Assembly (NCBI GenBank): GCA_039587465.1
Contig: JBDHIL010000010.1
Coordinates: 56,511-120,510, forward strand
Direction of reading: 5' to 3'
Source of the DNA: Gemmatimonadota bacterium
GTDB taxonomy: Bacteria; Gemmatimonadota; Gemmatimonadetes; Longimicrobiales; Gaopeijiaceae
Length of the DNA stretch: 64,000 nucleotides
The position numbers and the translations under genes are program-made. The notes below the pieces were generated by a model. That model saw nothing but the letters and a program-made list of their open reading frames with translations. It did no database searches and had not been told where the DNA came from. Each line of letters begins with the position of its first letter. Positions within the stretch are counted from its first letter, which is position 1. Positions 50,636 through 62,381 of the stretch are shown one piece after another.

Positions 50636-53476
50636 TCAGCGGCGGTCCAGATTTCGCGTTGCGACCAGCGGCAGACTGGACTCGGGAACGTCGACAACTA
50701 CGCGCACCGTATACTCACCAGAAGGCACGTCTGACAGTGCAACCGTCACGAAGTCACGCGTCGGTCCATCGAGTTCGACGCTTCGATTCCAGGCGGTCCT
50801 GAAGCCTTCCGCACCAGCCGGGCGCGAAGGCAGTGTCCGGGTGCGGCCCGTGTCCCGATCGACCAACTCGACCCGGATCTGGTATCCGGACGTGGACTCT
50901 GCGACGTCGTAAAGCTCGAACATCACTCCGAAGGCGTCCCGCTCCAGCGGGCGGGCGAGCGTCTCGGGAGTTACCCAGGACTCCCTGCGGTCCAGATCGC
51001 CCCCGCTGGGCCAAGTCGGCTCGACCAGCAGGAGGTCGGAGATCGTTGCACCGCCCTCCCCGGGGATCAAGGCGGCGACGCCACGTCGAAACGCAGCGGC
51101 CTGCCCTACCCTGCGATTGAAGACCTCCACGACGATGCTCGACACACCAGCGGCGATCGGTGCCCTGAACGAGAGCGGCGCCGGTCGGGCCGGAATCTTC
51201 CGAATGGTGCTTCCAACCCGTTCGCCCTCGGCTGAAATCAGGAAGACGCCGACTTCGAGCGTGTCTGTCTCGATCGTGGTGAGGGCCTGGGGAACCTCAG
51301 TGTGAATCTCCAACTCGAACTGGCCTGGAACGTCACCCCGGAACCGCGACATCTGGCCCGGAAGACTGAAGACGGTCCGAGAGCGGCCTCCGTACCGATG
51401 CGGAAGCACGCGGAGCAGATCGGTCAGGTAGGCACGGGACTCCTGTGTGAGGCTCATATCCTCGGAGGACGCGATCCGCCGGAACGTGATGTCCGGACCG
51501 TTGCCGTAGTCCCAGAACTCCGTGCGCAGCCCACTGTTCTCACGAAAGACGCGGACCTCGTCTGGCCGGCCGTAACGGACCCAGACCTCACCCGGCTCGG
51601 TAAGGGCACCGCCGAAACGGAGAATTGCATATGCAGCCCTCGCAACGTGTTCTACCCGACGCTCGTTGACGGAAGTGGAGAGAATAGGGTCCAAGGGGGC
51701 CCAGAATGCGTCCACCCACCGCTTCCGCTCGTCCCCGGAGACCGCCGCATAGGCTTCGTCCTCACCCCCGAGAAGAAGACGGATGTCCTCGAGGTCGGAC
51801 GCCTCACTCGGCGCCATCACGCGAAGTGCCATCTTGAACTGACCGTCGGCCTCTTCTGAGCGGGAAAGACGCTGCAGGGCCAAGCCGCTGATGAGCAACC
51901 CGTAGGGATGCCCACGGGACGACCGGATGAATCGCTGCGCGCCGTCCAGCACGGCATTCCATTGCCCCTCGTCGGCGAGAGCGAGGAGGACCTCGACATT
52001 GGCGCCGACGTGGGACGGGTCGGCCTCAACTGCCCGGCGGAACGAGGCCAGGCTGACTGCCAGATCACTGGCGGCCCCTTCGTCCGTGCGACGGAACGCC
52101 TCGGCGAACACCACCCCGAGCTCGGCCGGGCAAAGATGGTTCCACGCGATGAGGCGCTCGACCGAAGCGTGGCCGGACACCGCCTCGCCCGAAGACCGGG
52201 CCTGGGAGCAGGTCTCGATCGGGAGGCTCGCGGCGGGCACCCGTCCCTCTCCACGCTGACTGAGCCAACTCTCCCTCACCAACGTGCCCCGCTCGTAAAG
52301 AAATTCAGCGAGGAGAGCAGGCGATACGCCTTCGCCACCTCTCATGGCTCGCTGCAATCCGCGCTCGAAGAGCAGCCGCGCTTCGGTCCTGAGTCCCTGC
52401 TTCCGCCGAATGCGGGCCAACGCCAGGAGAGGCGCCGGGTTGTCGGGATCCCGAACCATCGCATCCTCGAGCACCCCGGTGACAGTGGTGCGCCAACGCG
52501 TGGGCCCCCTGCCCGAAGGCGGATTCGCGGCGAGAATGGACTCGACCGACCCGAGCGACTCGAGCAGTTCGTCGTCATCGACTGCAGCCCTGAGAAGCTC
52601 TCCTGCCTCACGCTGCGCCGGAGCCGTCAAGACCGCTTCGTGCGTCCACTCAGGGAGCAAGCTCAGGTCGAGCACGTCCGGAGCATCGGGACCAGAGATC
52701 GGATCCGCGGGCCGAGGCACACTGGCAGGGTCCCCGGCCGCCGGAAGCGGACGGAACCGAACATCGAACTCCACCCACGCCCCCACAGCCTCCCCACGTC
52801 GGCGTGCAGGAGTGAACCGGAAGCTCGGCGCGGCCTGAAGGGCTGCCCGATCCAGCTCGGGAACGCCTGAACCCCGACGAAGGTTGACCAACTCGACCGC
52901 GCCCGTGGAGTCCACCCAGAGAAGCAGTCTGGCGGTTCCACCGACACCGGCATGCTGCAGTTCCAACGGATAGTGCTCGCGGATGACCCACTCGACCCGG
53001 CCTCGATCCTCGAACTCCGGAAAAGTCGCTTCGGGACCGCGGTACCGCTCGAGCGCGGCCGGAGCGGATGGAGGCTCGGATGGAATGACTAGTGGCGTCT
53101 CGGGTTCATCTCCTTCGAGCGCCGCCTCCGGCAGATCGACCGTGATCGCCGGAGGCGTGCCCGGATCCGGCTGCAACGGCCCGGCGACCTCGGCCGGAGG
53201 ACCCTGGATCGCGCTGACCAGCCTGACCAAGGAGGCGCGGGCACCCGGAACGCTGAGGCCCACCAAAAGGAGCGCGATCACCGCCGCAGCAGCTAGATGC
53301 CGCCGCGACGAAGTGGGGGGGTGAGTCGAGATACGGACCCACTCCCTGGCTAGTTCGGCTTCCAGTTCAGGTTGGAATGACGGGCGTTCCTCGTAGCTCA
53401 GAGACGAGAGCTCAGCGTGGATCGCCGCCAGGTCGGGGGGAACCCCGATGCCTTCAAGGTCCTGTCTATCGTTCAT
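50636..53476 (-). CDS. 946-aa multidomain anti-sigma-like protein: cytoplasmic N-term, TM, Pro-rich linker, TonB_C-like domain, TPR-like region, GWxTD-like domain, C-terminal beta-rich domain
   Basis: TM HLAAAAVIALLLVGLSVPG; TonB_C-like GVGGTARLLLWVDSTGAVELVNL...APSFRFTPARRRGEAVGAWVEFDVRF; GWxTD-like FWAPLDP...NERRVEH...PGEVWVRYGRPDEV; 4-bp overlap with the upstream ECF sigma gene. Confidence 0.65.
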   Translation of the reverse strand: MNDRQDLEGIGVPPDLAAIHAELSSLSYEERPSFQPELEAELAREWVRISTHPPTSSRRHLAAAAVIALLLVGLSVPGARASLVRLVSAIQGPPAEVAGPLQPDPGTPPAITVDLPEAALEGDEPETPLVIPSEPPSAPAALERYRGPEATFPEFEDRGRVEWVIREHYPLELQHAGVGGTARLLLWVDSTGAVELVNLRRGSGVPELDRAALQAAPSFRFTPARRRGEAVGAWVEFDVRFRPLPAAGDPASVPRPADPISGPDAPDVLDLSLLPEWTHEAVLTAPAQREAGELLRAAVDDDELLESLGSVESILAANPPSGRGPTRWRTTVTGVLEDAMVRDPDNPAPLLALARIRRKQGLRTEARLLFERGLQRAMRGGEGVSPALLAEFLYERGTLVRESWLSQRGEGRVPAASLPIETCSQARSSGEAVSGHASVERLIAWNHLCPAELGVVFAEAFRRTDEGAASDLAVSLASFRRAVEADPSHVGANVEVLLALADEGQWNAVLDGAQRFIRSSRGHPYGLLISGLALQRLSRSEEADGQFKMALRVMAPSEASDLEDIRLLLGGEDEAYAAVSGDERKRWVDAFWAPLDPILSTSVNERRVEHVARAAYAILRFGGALTEPGEVWVRYGRPDEVRVFRENSGLRTEFWDYGNGPDITFRRIASSEDMSLTQESRAYLTDLLRVLPHRYGGRSRTVFSLPGQMSRFRGDVPGQFELEIHTEVPQALTTIETDTLEVGVFLISAEGERVGSTIRKIPARPAPLSFRAPIAAGVSSIVVEVFNRRVGQAAAFRRGVAALIPGEGGATISDLLLVEPTWPSGGDLDRRESWVTPETLARPLERDAFGVMFELYDVAESTSGYQIRVELVDRDTGRTRTLPSRPAGAEGFRTAWNRSVELDGPTRDFVTVALSDVPSGEYTVRVVVDVPESSLPLVATRNLDRR

Positions 53477-54147
53477 GATTCCACGTTGATTTGGAACCCA
53501 TCTTGGTCTACAGCCTTCTTGAGCCGCTTCAGCGCCCGGTGGAGCCGGACGGCCACGGCGTTCTTGCTGACGTTCAAGTGCTCCGCGATCTCACCATTGT
53601 CGAGCCCTGCCCCGAACTTCAGGGACAGGATGTCCTGGTCTCCCTTGCCCAGCGTCTGACTTCCATTCAGCAGGTGCTGGATCCGCTCCTGCTTGACCAT
53701 CCGCTCCTCTTGCGACGGCACGTCCGCGACGAGGTCAGGAATCCGGTCGAGAGACACGTGGAGCGACCCTCTGCGCCTGAGCGCCCGGAGGTGGTCAGTC
53801 ACCGCATTCCTGGCGATGCGAAGAAGCCACGTCCGTGGCGCGGCACGATTCGCATCGTACCGCCGAAGGGACCGCAGCGCCTTCATGAATACCTGGGACG
53901 TCACATCTTCCGCGGCTTCCCGCGTTGCGACTCGGAACCGCACGTAGCGGTACACGGCGCTCTGGTGCTCACGGTACCAGGCGTCGAAGTCCGGAGGCAG
54001 CCTCTGGGACTCCGCGCCCGGGGCGCGAGCGGTGATCGACCCGGTGCGTATCGGCTGTTGTGTTTGCATCGCCCGATTATACGAGGGGGAACAAGGCTTC
54101 TTACACCTTTCAACCCCGTACGTGCGGCACCACCGTTCGAGATTCAC
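53473..54147 (-). CDS. ECF RNA polymerase sigma factor (start uncertain, possibly the internal MQTQQ)
   Basis: Sigma region 2 (YRYVRFRV...) and region 4 (GEIAEHLNVSKNAVAVRLHRALKRL). Confidence 0.85.
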   Translation of the reverse strand: MNLERWCRTYGVERCKKPCSPSYNRAMQTQQPIRTGSITARAPGAESQRLPPDFDAWYREHQSAVYRYVRFRVATREAAEDVTSQVFMKALRSLRRYDANRAAPRTWLLRIARNAVTDHLRALRRRGSLHVSLDRIPDLVADVPSQEERMVKQERIQHLLNGSQTLGKGDQDILSLKFGAGLDNGEIAEHLNVSKNAVAVRLHRALKRLKKAVDQDGFQINVES

Positions 54148-54192
54148 ATCGGACCCGGTTCCGCGGCAACTCTAGAGTCTTCGGGGTGGAAA

Positions 54193-54233
54193 TCCACAGC
54201 GGCCGCCGGGATTTCCCCGGCGGCCGCTGTGGA
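54193..54233 (-). terminator. long hairpin downstream of gap
   Basis: TCCACAGCGGCCGCCGG-gatttcc-CCGGCGGCCGCTGTGGA, 17-bp perfect stem. Confidence 0.6.
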
Positions 54234-54259
54234 CCCGCTTTCCATCAGCTGCGATGAGC

Positions 54260-56147
<1,888 letters not shown>

Positions 56148-56919
56148 CAGCGCTCGAAGGCCACCGCCCCCTGCTGCACCAGCATGTCTCCCCCGTTCGT
56201 GGCACGGACCCCGAACGTCTCGGCCGCCTTCATGAATGGGGTGGGCTCGGCACTGTACACCACGTCCATGGCGGCTCCGGCCCTCGTGAGAATCTCGAAG
56301 TCGAAGGGGGACGGATCGCCTGGTGAGAGGCCGAGGCTGGTCGCGTTCACGACGAGGTCGAAGCTCTGTCCGCGAAGCTCCTCGGCCAGCAGCGCGACCC
56401 TCGCACGCTCTCCGCCGATCCGACGTGCCACGGCCCGGGCACGCTCCGTGCTACGGTTGAGGAGGACGACCTCCTCGGCGCCCTCTTCGAGCAGTCCCAT
56501 CAGGGTAGCCCGCGCGGCTCCGCCGGCGCCCAGGAGCAGCGCCCGCATCCCCTCCGGCGAACCAACTACGAAGTTCCGGAGCGCACGCCGGAACCCGTCG
56601 ACATCGGTGTTGTCGCCATGGACCCGCCCGTCCTCCCCTCCCCAGAACGTGTTGCAGGCCCCTGTGCGCCGGACCGCATCGCTCCTCACGTCCACGAACG
56701 AGGCCGCCTTTTCCTTGTGTGGGATCGTGATGTTGCCGCCTCCGCCGGCCCTGGACACTCCGTGCATGAAGCCCTCCAGGTCCGCGGCGTCGCATCGAAC
56801 GGCCACGTAGACCCCATCCACTCCAGCCTCGGAACAGGCGGCGTTCTGGATCACGGGGGACAAAGAGTGTTTGACCGGGTCACCGAGCAGCACTAGCACC
56901 CGGGTCGATGATGTCACGT

Positions 56920-57411
56920 TCATGTATTCACTGACGGTGCGAGGCGAAGCAGGGAGCGTTCAACCAGAGTCTGCAGCAGCAGGAACGTCTCTTCGTACGT
57001 GTCGTCCGACCCGCCAAACGGGTCCGGGACCGGAGGGTAGCCCTCGGCGGCGTCTCCTCCCTGCGCGAAGGCCGCGAGAAGCGCCGCTCGGTCACCTGCC
57101 CCGAGTTCGACAACGCGCTCAAGGTGCGCAGGAGTCATGGTCAGGACCAGATCCACCCCACGCACGAGCTCGTCGGTCAGGGCCTGTGAGCGATGCTGCG
57201 AGAGATCGAGCCCGTGGCGCCCGGCGGCCCTGGCCGCCCCCTCGGAGGGCGGAGAGGGAAGGAACGAAGAAGTGCCCGCAGAAGCCACTTCGACGTGGTC
57301 CCATTCGAGCGCGCCGATGCGGTCACGCGCAATCGCTTCTGCCATGGGACTCCGGCAGGTATTGCCCGTGCACACGAAGAGGATGCGGAACGGATCAGGC
57401 ATAGCTGTCAT
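56920..57411 (-). CDS. low-molecular-weight protein tyrosine phosphatase / arsenate reductase family
   Basis: CX5R(S) P-loop VCTGNTCRSPMAEA. Confidence 0.8.
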   Translation of the reverse strand: MTAMPDPFRILFVCTGNTCRSPMAEAIARDRIGALEWDHVEVASAGTSSFLPSPPSEGAARAAGRHGLDLSQHRSQALTDELVRGVDLVLTMTPAHLERVVELGAGDRAALLAAFAQGGDAAEGYPPVPDPFGGSDDTYEETFLLLQTLVERSLLRLAPSVNT

Positions 57412-58066
57412 CACGAATTTCAGGAAGGGCACATCGCAGTCGATCGACAGGCACGGTCCCGGCGCGCAGGACGCGCGCGGAGAAGCCGGTACAATCGACG
57501 ATCGTCGACGGACCCGACGGAGGAAGAGTTCCCACGTCCATCACCAGGACCGTGCCGCGGGCTCCGAGCTCCTGCGCCACCGCGGAGGCCTCGTCGCCTG
57601 TCGTGGCTGGAGGCTGACCCGGGGCGTTCGCGCTCGTCGACGTGATGGCCATGTGGCCGGACCCCACGAGCGCCCTGACGACGGGGTGCGGGCTCACGCG
57701 CACGGCCACGGTGTCGTCCTCGCTTCGGATCCCGGGAGGGAACATCCCCACAGGATCCTTCAGGACCAACGTCAGGGCCCCCGGCCAAAACACGCTCGCG
57801 AGTTCTCTTGCCTCGTCCGTCCAGCCGAGTGCCGAAACGAAGTCCGCCGATGGCACCAAGGCCAGGAATGGCTGCCCTGGCCGGCGGACCTTGAGTCTGC
57901 CGAGGGCGGACACCCCGTCAGCCGTGCACGCCCCGCCGAAGCCGTAGACGGTTTCGGTGGGGTAGGCCAAGAGCCCCCCAGCCTGGACGTGATGCACCGC
58001 GGCCGTCACGTCGAGGTCTTCGCCTGCGACACCTCGCAGATCCATGCGCGCCGGTCGGACGGTCAT
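57395..58066 (-). CDS. tsaC: L-threonylcarbamoyladenylate synthase (YrdC/Sua5 family)
   Basis: YrdC motif LLAYPTETVYGFG. Confidence 0.8.
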   Translation of the reverse strand: MTVRPARMDLRGVAGEDLDVTAAVHHVQAGGLLAYPTETVYGFGGACTADGVSALGRLKVRRPGQPFLALVPSADFVSALGWTDEARELASVFWPGALTLVLKDPVGMFPPGIRSEDDTVAVRVSPHPVVRALVGSGHMAITSTSANAPGQPPATTGDEASAVAQELGARGTVLVMDVGTLPPSGPSTIVDCTGFSARVLRAGTVPVDRLRCALPEIRDDSYA

Positions 58067-58776
58067 GGATTTCCTGCTCCAGCGAGGCGCAGGAGGGCCT
58101 CCGCCACGGGAACGTCCTCGGGGCGGGTCACCTTGAGGTTCCAGGCACCCCCGTCCACCATGCGCACGTCGGCCCCCAGGCGCTCAACCAGCCCGGCGTC
58201 ATCGGTGACGGCAGGGTCCGCTCCGGAGTATGCCTGCCTGAGCAGTGCCGCAGGGAACGCCTGAGGAGTGTGGGCTCGCCACAGGCGTGATCGATCCAAG
58301 GTGCCCGAAATCCGGCCGCCCTCGTCTACCTCCTTGATGGTGTCCACGGCAGGACAACCAGCGACCGCACCCTGCCCCAGGGAGGCGATGCGGATGCACT
58401 CTGCGATGAGCGCTTCCGTGACAAGGGGGCGCGCCGCGTCGTGCACGGCGATCACGTCGAGCTCGACGGGAAGCGCTGCGATCGCACGACCGACCGAGTC
58501 GGCGCGAGTCCGCCCCCCGGCCACGAGGCTGATGCGAGCGTCGAGATCCGTGATCCAGGCCGGTGCCGACGGGACGTCTTCCGGGGCCAGCGCCACGACC
58601 ACGGCGACCACCGACGGGTGCGCGAGAAAGGGCCTCAGCGCATGCGCGAGGACGGGCTCACCGGCCAACTCCAGGAACGGTTTGCGCAGACCACCCAGAC
58701 GGCTCCCCGAGCCAGCCGCAGGAACGGCCACGCCGACACGAAGGGAACCTGCCGGGGCGTGCCCCGGGCTCGTCAT
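58063..58776 (-). CDS. ispD: 2-C-methyl-D-erythritol 4-phosphate cytidylyltransferase
   Basis: VPAAGSGSRLG... nucleotide-binding motif; IspD-like. Confidence 0.85.
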   Translation of the reverse strand: MTSPGHAPAGSLRVGVAVPAAGSGSRLGGLRKPFLELAGEPVLAHALRPFLAHPSVVAVVVALAPEDVPSAPAWITDLDARISLVAGGRTRADSVGRAIAALPVELDVIAVHDAARPLVTEALIAECIRIASLGQGAVAGCPAVDTIKEVDEGGRISGTLDRSRLWRAHTPQAFPAALLRQAYSGADPAVTDDAGLVERLGADVRMVDGGAWNLKVTRPEDVPVAEALLRLAGAGNP

Positions 58777-60197
58777 GGCCCGAAACCGGACGCGGCCTCG
58801 CTCCTCTGGTGTCCTCCGTCCGGCGAGCGCGATACCGAGTCGAACCGCGTGTACGCCTTCTGGAAGTAGAGGTCCACCACCCCGGTCGGTCCGTTACGCT
58901 GCTTGCTCACGATCAGCTCCGACTTGCCCTCGAGTTCCTCTCTCTGCTCAGCGGGAGCGTAGTACTCGGGGCGGTACAGGAACATGACCAGATCGGCATC
59001 CTGCTCGATGGACCCCGATTCACGCAGATCGGAGAGCATCGGACGCTTGTCGGTCCGCTGCTCCGGTCCGCGGCTGAGCTGTGACAGCGCGACGACCGGA
59101 ACGTCCAATTCACGCGCGAGCGCCTTGAGGCCACGCGAGATCGCACTGACCTCCTGAACCCGGCTCTCGGAGCGGCCGGCGCCGGACATGAGCTGCATGT
59201 AGTCGATGACGACGAGGCCGAGGTCCTTGCCGTCGGAGCGGAGCTCGGACTGGAGCCGACGGGCCTTCGCCCGGATCTCGAGAACGTTGCAGCCAGGCTG
59301 ATCGTCGATCCAGATCGGGGCCGTGTTGAGGTGCCCCGCAGACGCAGCCAACCGCTGATGCTCCTCCTGCGACAGTTTTCCGCGGCGGAGCCGCTGGGCG
59401 TCGATGCGGCCCTCGGCACAGAGGAGCCGCTGCACGAGCTGCTGCGACGACATCTCGAGTGAGAAGATGGCTACCGGGATTTGGTGCGCGATGGCCGCAG
59501 TGGCCGCCACGTTCATGACCCAGGACGTCTTTCCCATGGACGGCCGCGCCGCCACGATCACCAGGTCACCCTTCTGCATCCCTGTCGTCATACGGTCCAG
59601 GTCCGGGAAGCCAGACGGGACGCCGGTGATGCCGGAGTCGGACTCCTGGAGCTTCTCGATATGCTCGAAGGCCGACCAGAGGATTTCCTTGATCCAGACG
59701 AAACCCTCTCGCTTGTGGCTCTCCGCAACATTGAAGATCCGGGCCTCGGCCTCGTCCAGCAGCTCGTCGACGTTCCGCTCGCCCTGGTCGTAGACGTCCC
59801 GGATGATCTGGGACGCCTGCTCCACCAGACGACGGAGAAGAGCCTTGTCCCGAACGATCCGGGCGTGATAGTCGAGGTTGGCCGCCGTCGGAACGGCGTC
59901 GACGAGACCACCGAGGTAGTCGAAGCCGCCCGCCGCTTCCATCTCGCCGGTCTTCTTCAACTCCTCCGACACCGTGATGATGTCGATGACGTCGCCACGC
60001 TCGTAGAGCCGGACCATGGCCCGGTAAAGACGGCGGTTCGCCTCCCGGTAGAACATGGACTCGTTGACGTGCTCGATGGCCCGGGTCACCGCCTCCCGGT
60101 CGATGAACATGCCACCGAGCACCGCCGTCTCGGCTTCGAGCGAGAACGGGGGCGTGCGGTCGAACACGGCCTGGGCGAAGTCTGCGGATGCTTCCAT
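58773..60197 (-). CDS. dnaB: replicative DNA helicase
   Basis: 474 aa; Walker A ARPSMGKTS, DnaB N-domain, Walker B VIDYMQLM. Confidence 0.92.
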   Translation of the reverse strand: MEASADFAQAVFDRTPPFSLEAETAVLGGMFIDREAVTRAIEHVNESMFYREANRRLYRAMVRLYERGDVIDIITVSEELKKTGEMEAAGGFDYLGGLVDAVPTAANLDYHARIVRDKALLRRLVEQASQIIRDVYDQGERNVDELLDEAEARIFNVAESHKREGFVWIKEILWSAFEHIEKLQESDSGITGVPSGFPDLDRMTTGMQKGDLVIVAARPSMGKTSWVMNVAATAAIAHQIPVAIFSLEMSSQQLVQRLLCAEGRIDAQRLRRGKLSQEEHQRLAASAGHLNTAPIWIDDQPGCNVLEIRAKARRLQSELRSDGKDLGLVVIDYMQLMSGAGRSESRVQEVSAISRGLKALARELDVPVVALSQLSRGPEQRTDKRPMLSDLRESGSIEQDADLVMFLYRPEYYAPAEQREELEGKSELIVSKQRNGPTGVVDLYFQKAYTRFDSVSRSPDGGHQRSEAASGFGP

Positions 60198-60308
60198 GCG
60201 CGGTGGTTCGGGGTCACATCAGAAGGAAGCGCTCAATCTAGTCGCTTGGATGGGAGCATGCACAGGGAGGCGCAGCGCGGGGTGCGCGCCGATGCATCGA
60301 GCTGCTTC

Positions 60309-61133
60309 CTACGACCCGTCCATCACCTGGCGCAGCAGCTGGAGATCGTCCCAGAAGGCGCGGGTCCAACGGGGATTACGAAGGAGCGCCGCTGGGTGAT
60401 AGGTCACCACCAAGGGCACGCCATGATAGGCATGGACGTCGCCGCGGAGCTTGCCGAGGGCCTTGTGCTGCCCCGTCAGCAGTTGGGCCGAGAAGGTCCC
60501 GACGGCCAGGAGCGCCTTCGGTGCGACCAATTCGATCTGCTTCAGCAGAAACGGGGAGCACCGCTCGATCTCGTCGGGCTGAGGATTCCGGTTTCCGGGA
60601 GGGCGACACTTCAGGACGTTGCAGATATAGACGGACTCCGCCCGCGACAGGTCGACGGTGGCGAGAAGGAGGTCGAGAAACTGTCCTGCAGCCCCGACGA
60701 AGGGCCGACCCGTCTCATCTTCCTTCGCCCCCGGGGCTTCCCCGACCACCACCAGGTCCGCCTGCGGGTTCCCATCCGAAAACACGACCTGCCGGCGGGT
60801 CTCATGAAGACCGCACGCGGTGCATCCCAGCGCCAACCCCCGGAGCTCTTCGTACGAATCCGGCAGAATCGGAAGTGCGGCTTCGGCACGTGAGGTCGGC
60901 ATTCCCTGCCGATGCGCCCGGGTCGGGCTCCCTTCCGGACGGTCCGGCGCCTGAGAGGCCTGGGGCCCCGGCGCCGGACTCGGCCCCTCGAGGGCCCGGC
61001 GGCGAGCCTCGGCGACGAGTCGCAGGGCGTCGTCACGCGTCATGCCGTCCAGGAACAGGTCCTGCCCACCGAGGTCCTTGCGCTGGTCCAGAAGGCGAGC
61101 CACTGCCGCAGCCGAGTCCTTCTCACGCGTCAT
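60309..61133 (-). CDS. uracil-DNA glycosylase family 4 (with ~90-aa low-complexity N-terminal extension; alternative ATG at 60902)
   Basis: GCTACGLHETRRQVVFSDGNPQADLVVVGEAPG...NVLKCRPPGNRNP family-4 UDG motifs. Confidence 0.8.
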   Translation of the reverse strand: MTREKDSAAAVARLLDQRKDLGGQDLFLDGMTRDDALRLVAEARRRALEGPSPAPGPQASQAPDRPEGSPTRAHRQGMPTSRAEAALPILPDSYEELRGLALGCTACGLHETRRQVVFSDGNPQADLVVVGEAPGAKEDETGRPFVGAAGQFLDLLLATVDLSRAESVYICNVLKCRPPGNRNPQPDEIERCSPFLLKQIELVAPKALLAVGTFSAQLLTGQHKALGKLRGDVHAYHGVPLVVTYHPAALLRNPRWTRAFWDDLQLLRQVMDGS

Positions 61134-62374
61134 CGCGCCTCGCCCATGAGTTCGGCCACACGGTCGAGCAGTTCGTCGGCCACTTCATCCTTCGACATGA
61201 GCGGCAGGTCATGGGCCGCACCGCCCGATGAGAGGATCGTGACCCGGTTCGTGTCGAATTCGAAGCCCGCGCCATCCTGAGTGGCATCGTTGGCCACCAC
61301 CAGGTCGAAGCCCTTGGCTTCGAGCTTCTTGCGCGCATTCGCGGCCAGATCAACGGTCTCGAGCGCGAAACCGATCACCACGCTTCCGTCTCGTCTGAGG
61401 TGCCTGGTGGAAGCTGCGATATCGGGATTTTGGGTCAGGTCGAGCGTGATTTCAGACCCAACATCCGCACGCTTCATCTTGCCGTCTGCGACGTCGGTCG
61501 GCCTGTAGTCGGCGACGGCGGCGGCGAACACGGATACGTCTGCCGACGGCAGCAGATCCGTCACGGCATCGTGCATCTCGAGAGCCGTCTCCACCCAGAC
61601 CACATCGACACCATCGGGGGCTTCGAGGGTCGTGGGACCTGCAACCAAACTGACCTCAGCGCCCCGCCGCCATGCTGCCCGAGCCACGGCGAATCCCATC
61701 TTCCCGGAAGATCGGTTGCCGATGTACCTGACCGGGTCCACGGCTTCGCGGGTGGGACCGGCGGTGATGAGAAAGCGCTTACCAGCGAAGGCCGGATCCG
61801 AGCCCAACGCCCGTCCGACGTGCTCCACGATCTGGTGCGGCTCCAGCATGCGGCCGGGTCCCTCACCCTCGCCGACCGCCAGAGGCCCATCTGCCGGGCC
61901 CGCGACGTGGTATCCCAACCGATCGCGCACATGCGCCAGATTGGCCTGCACCTGCGGGTGGGAGAACATCCTGTCGTTCATGGCCGGGCACACTACCACG
62001 GGCGCCCGCGTCGCGAGCAGCGTCGTGCCGAGCAGGTCGTCGGACCGCCCATGCGCTGCTCTTGCGAGGAAGTCGGCAGTGCCGGGAGCCACACATACCA
62101 CGTCGGCCTCGCGACCCAGCCGGACGTGAAGTGCTCCGCCCTCCGACGAAAAGAGGTCCGTCAGAACCGGGCGCCCGGTCACGCCCTGGAACGACATCGG
62201 AGCCACGAATTTCTGAGCCGAGGCGGTCAGGATGACGTCGACCTCGGCGCCCAATCGCGCGAGATCCCTCGCGACCTGAACGGACTTGTACGCAGCGATG
62301 CCCCCGGTGACGCCGAGAACGATGCGCCGACCCATCCAGGGCCGACGAGGACCCAACGCCGCGCCTATCGCCAC
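61130..62374 (-). CDS. coaBC: bifunctional phosphopantothenoylcysteine decarboxylase/phosphopantothenate-cysteine ligase
   Basis: 414 aa; N-terminal flavoprotein GVTGGIAAYK and C-terminal CoaB domain. Confidence 0.9.
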   Translation of the reverse strand: MAIGAALGPRRPWMGRRIVLGVTGGIAAYKSVQVARDLARLGAEVDVILTASAQKFVAPMSFQGVTGRPVLTDLFSSEGGALHVRLGREADVVCVAPGTADFLARAAHGRSDDLLGTTLLATRAPVVVCPAMNDRMFSHPQVQANLAHVRDRLGYHVAGPADGPLAVGEGEGPGRMLEPHQIVEHVGRALGSDPAFAGKRFLITAGPTREAVDPVRYIGNRSSGKMGFAVARAAWRRGAEVSLVAGPTTLEAPDGVDVVWVETALEMHDAVTDLLPSADVSVFAAAVADYRPTDVADGKMKRADVGSEITLDLTQNPDIAASTRHLRRDGSVVIGFALETVDLAANARKKLEAKGFDLVVANDATQDGAGFEFDTNRVTILSSGGAAHDLPLMSKDEVADELLDRVAELMGEAR

Positions 62375-62381
62375 GGCCCGG

